Source of the DNA: Octopus sinensis
Lineage: Eukaryota
Assembly: GCF_006345805.1 (NCBI RefSeq)
Contig: NC_043006.1
Coordinates: forward strand, 51,646,001-51,710,000
Reading direction: 5' to 3'
DNA length: 64,000 nt
The translations under genes were made by a program, and so were the position numbers. This document shows positions 61,611-64,000 of this stretch, in pieces (the first letter of the stretch is position 1; every line of letters starts with the position of its first letter). Below the pieces are notes generated by a model that saw nothing but the letters and a program-made list of their open reading frames with translations, made no database searches and was not told the origin of the DNA.

Positions 61611-62444
61611 AATACGTCAAGTTATCTCCCTTATATTTGTTGTCATTAACAACAAAGCATTTAAAAAAAATATTTCAGGTTATAAACACGTCAGAAATAT
61701 CTATCCTCTCGCTTCCTTTTTAGTACTTTATAGAACCACTTTATAACTACTACCACTGTCTTTCCGCCATGCACTCTTTCACAAAAAAAACTTCAACGGA
61801 CTCGACGGTAAGTCACAAACTATAGCTTATACACACACACAGTTAATAAAAGCACACTCTAAAAATATAGAGCAGGAATTATTACAACAAAATTTTATAT
61901 CTTGGACATAGAGTTACCCAAGGTTTCACACCCACAAAACTAAAGCTTTGTGGACAGCTCTTTAGGCTCTATATGAATACAAAATTTTAAAATGTCTACA
62001 TCGCAGACGTGAGGAAACGCTCAGAGCTTGGGGAATACGAAAAAACGTTAATGAGTACGGGTTATCTCCCTTAAACTGAGAGATAATAAAAATTTTTTTA
62101 AATGGCCTAATGATCAAACGGGGAGATCCAATTTTCTAGTAAGTAGCATTTGAAGTGGATACATTTAGAAAATACTTCTTTACGGCTGTTTAATGCGCCA
62201 GGCTTCTTAAAATATTTAAGAATTTTGGCTCTGTCCGCGATACAGATTTTCCATTAATACAAAATCAGGTGATTCGCCAACACTGCACCTGATTTTCTCC
62301 CCTCCATGCACACGCAAGCACGTATCTGACTCATACACTGTTCACTTTCCAGACATTTGTACATTACTGCACATGCTTTATACGTACTTTTGACAAGTTG
62401 TGGTGCACCTGAGCTCTGTATACAATAATTTCATTATTATTATT

Positions 62445-62990
62445 ACACGGGCCCGGAAAATCAATTAATTTCCACTTGACATCACTCGAAGTCCTTTGAT
62501 CTTTGAGGTACCACTCATGGCGGGCCAGGGACGTGACAAACCGTCTTTCTGGAACTCTGAAGGAGGACTAGTGGTTAAAAAAACGTTTCTTGAACGAAGT
62601 ACTCGCCGAACCAATATATTTATAAACATCGATGTGGCCCTATTCGCACTCCTGGCAACATACGGCTCGGGGCTGGTCATCTCATCGGTGTCGAAGATGA
62701 ATGTTTGGTCCTCAACTGAGGTGGCGGAACTGGGAATGGCAGATACCCCCTCCAAGTCGTTGATTCTTGATAGATCATTATTTCCAGGTGCGGCGTCTAT
62801 ACTGGTCACTCTATCTGCATCTATTGTTTGTTCATTATCTGTGGCGGTGGTATCGAGATCTTCGGTGACGCTCTCTGAGATGCTGGTCCCGGTTTGGTTA
62901 TTATCTCTGGGCGTGGCAACTGGATTGGTGTGAGACGTGGTTAATCTGCTGTCCGATGTTTCATTACTGTTATTACAGATATTAGGTCTA
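62445..62990 (-). mobile_element. Penelope-like element fragment (GIY-YIG endonuclease)
   Basis: In a frame other than the listed ORF: YKYIGSASTSFKKRFFNH*SSFR...TSLARHEWYLKD...VKWKLID. Preceded by a T/N/D-rich linker. Confidence 0.75.
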
Positions 62991-63006
62991 GGTATCGCAT
63001 TGGACA

Positions 63007-63126
63007 GTTATTACATACCCTTCAAGAGGCAACCTGCCTCTTCCCTTGCATTGTGGATACTTGATAAAGTATTTTTTATGTTATGCAAAGGAGGAGGCAG
63101 GTTGCTCTTGTAGGGTATATAATAAC
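63007..63126. repeat. Short inverted-repeat (MITE-like) element
   Basis: gttattacataccc..aagaggcaacctgcctc / gaggcaggttgctcttgtagggtatataataac. Confidence 0.75.
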
Positions 63127-63698
63127 TCTACAGTACGATTCTCAATTCATATTGTAATGTTTTAAAAATATCTAACATAGTTAATATTAAAATATAGAAA
63201 CGTATTTTTTCGAAAAATCTTTCTTACGAAGTTACCTTAGCCTTATCTCCCCTTCATTGTTACCTTATTCAACATTTCAAATAAACTCTTTTATCACTGT
63301 ACGTTTTTTTTCAATATTTTTAACCACAGCACGTATTTTCTCTCTCAATTCTGTAATATTAACAACTATTCTTTTTTTTTTAATCCTTCCGCTTAGACTT
63401 ATTTCACACAAACGAATATAATGCTTTTTAACTAATAATAAAACTTTTTTCCCCATTATATTAACTTAATAATCACTCCCCAACAACCCTAAATATTTTT
63501 GTCTTTTAAATTTCAAGTAACTTATATAAAATTATACTAACTACTTATATTTCTTATTCTAGAAATTAAAAAAAAATTTCTTTTTAATATACACCATAAT
63601 TTATTTTCATTTTTTTTCATTGTATACCATGCTTTATATGGAATGTAAATCACTATATTGCTTATCTTCATATAGAGAGATTATTTTTTAAAACATTT

Positions 63699-64000
63699 TC
63701 TATATATATATAAAAGAGGCTTTGGGTCAAAATTGTGTGCACATTTTGCTACGTCAGAGGTTGGCAGCCAGACCAGTGGTCGGATCGAGCTGAAAATTGA
63801 CACAGGCATAGAAGGCGTGATGAGGCAGAGAGTTGAGTAGGTTAAACTCGCCATCTGGAAATATGCTGTTGCTATGGTGAAAAGAGTGATTTTTTATCGA
63901 TTCAAGGGGGCTCTAAGCCCCTCCAGATTGGTATCTAACGCTCAACAGCATGCACTTTGGGCTGTTGTGCTTTATAATCATGAATTTTGTCGCGAAATTC
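63699..64000 (+). mobile_element. Possible Helitron 5' end, truncated by the window edge
   Basis: TCTATATATATATAAAAG start like the other two Helitrons, plus a gatcgagctgaaaattgacaca motif. Confidence 0.4.

Noticed and set aside
62465-62933. Listed 114-aa and 145-aa ORFs as host genes
   Set aside because: The recognisable signal is a Penelope GIY-YIG remnant in a different frame with stops.

Overview
AT-rich, repeat-dense animal genomic DNA. It is most consistent with an octopus (coleoid cephalopod), inferred from the SINE/RTE repertoire, the (TA)n/(CAT)n tracts and an HTGEKPFHC..CNKSF zinc-finger relic. The ORF track misses the real genes. By reading splice sites I reconstructed a complete 9-exon CFAP119/CCDC189 gene (ciliary central-pair C1a-32 family, ~286 aa, + strand, 15206-52526). 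I also found the first three exons of a second, diverged CFAP119 paralogue on the - strand (14693 to 1520, continuing off the left edge). The two genes lie head-to-head, with start codons ~510 bp apart around one RFX X-box. The introns hold nested transposons: CR1, RTE, RTE-BovB, Tx1/L1, Penelope, Gypsy integrase, mariner, maT-like, TRT (DD37E) Tc1, Tol2-like hAT, Charlie hAT, Helitrons and many tRNA-SINEs. The most unusual structures are: a 4.7-kb Mutator-like foldback element built of branched palindromes; a tRNA-headed, hammerhead-ribozyme-bearing element with Penelope-style inverted structure; an RTE/antisense-18S rRNA chimeric retrocopy with a TSD; an RTE 3'UTR expanded into a higher-order array; and several inverted duplications. 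All protein-family calls rest on remembered motifs; no database searches were run.
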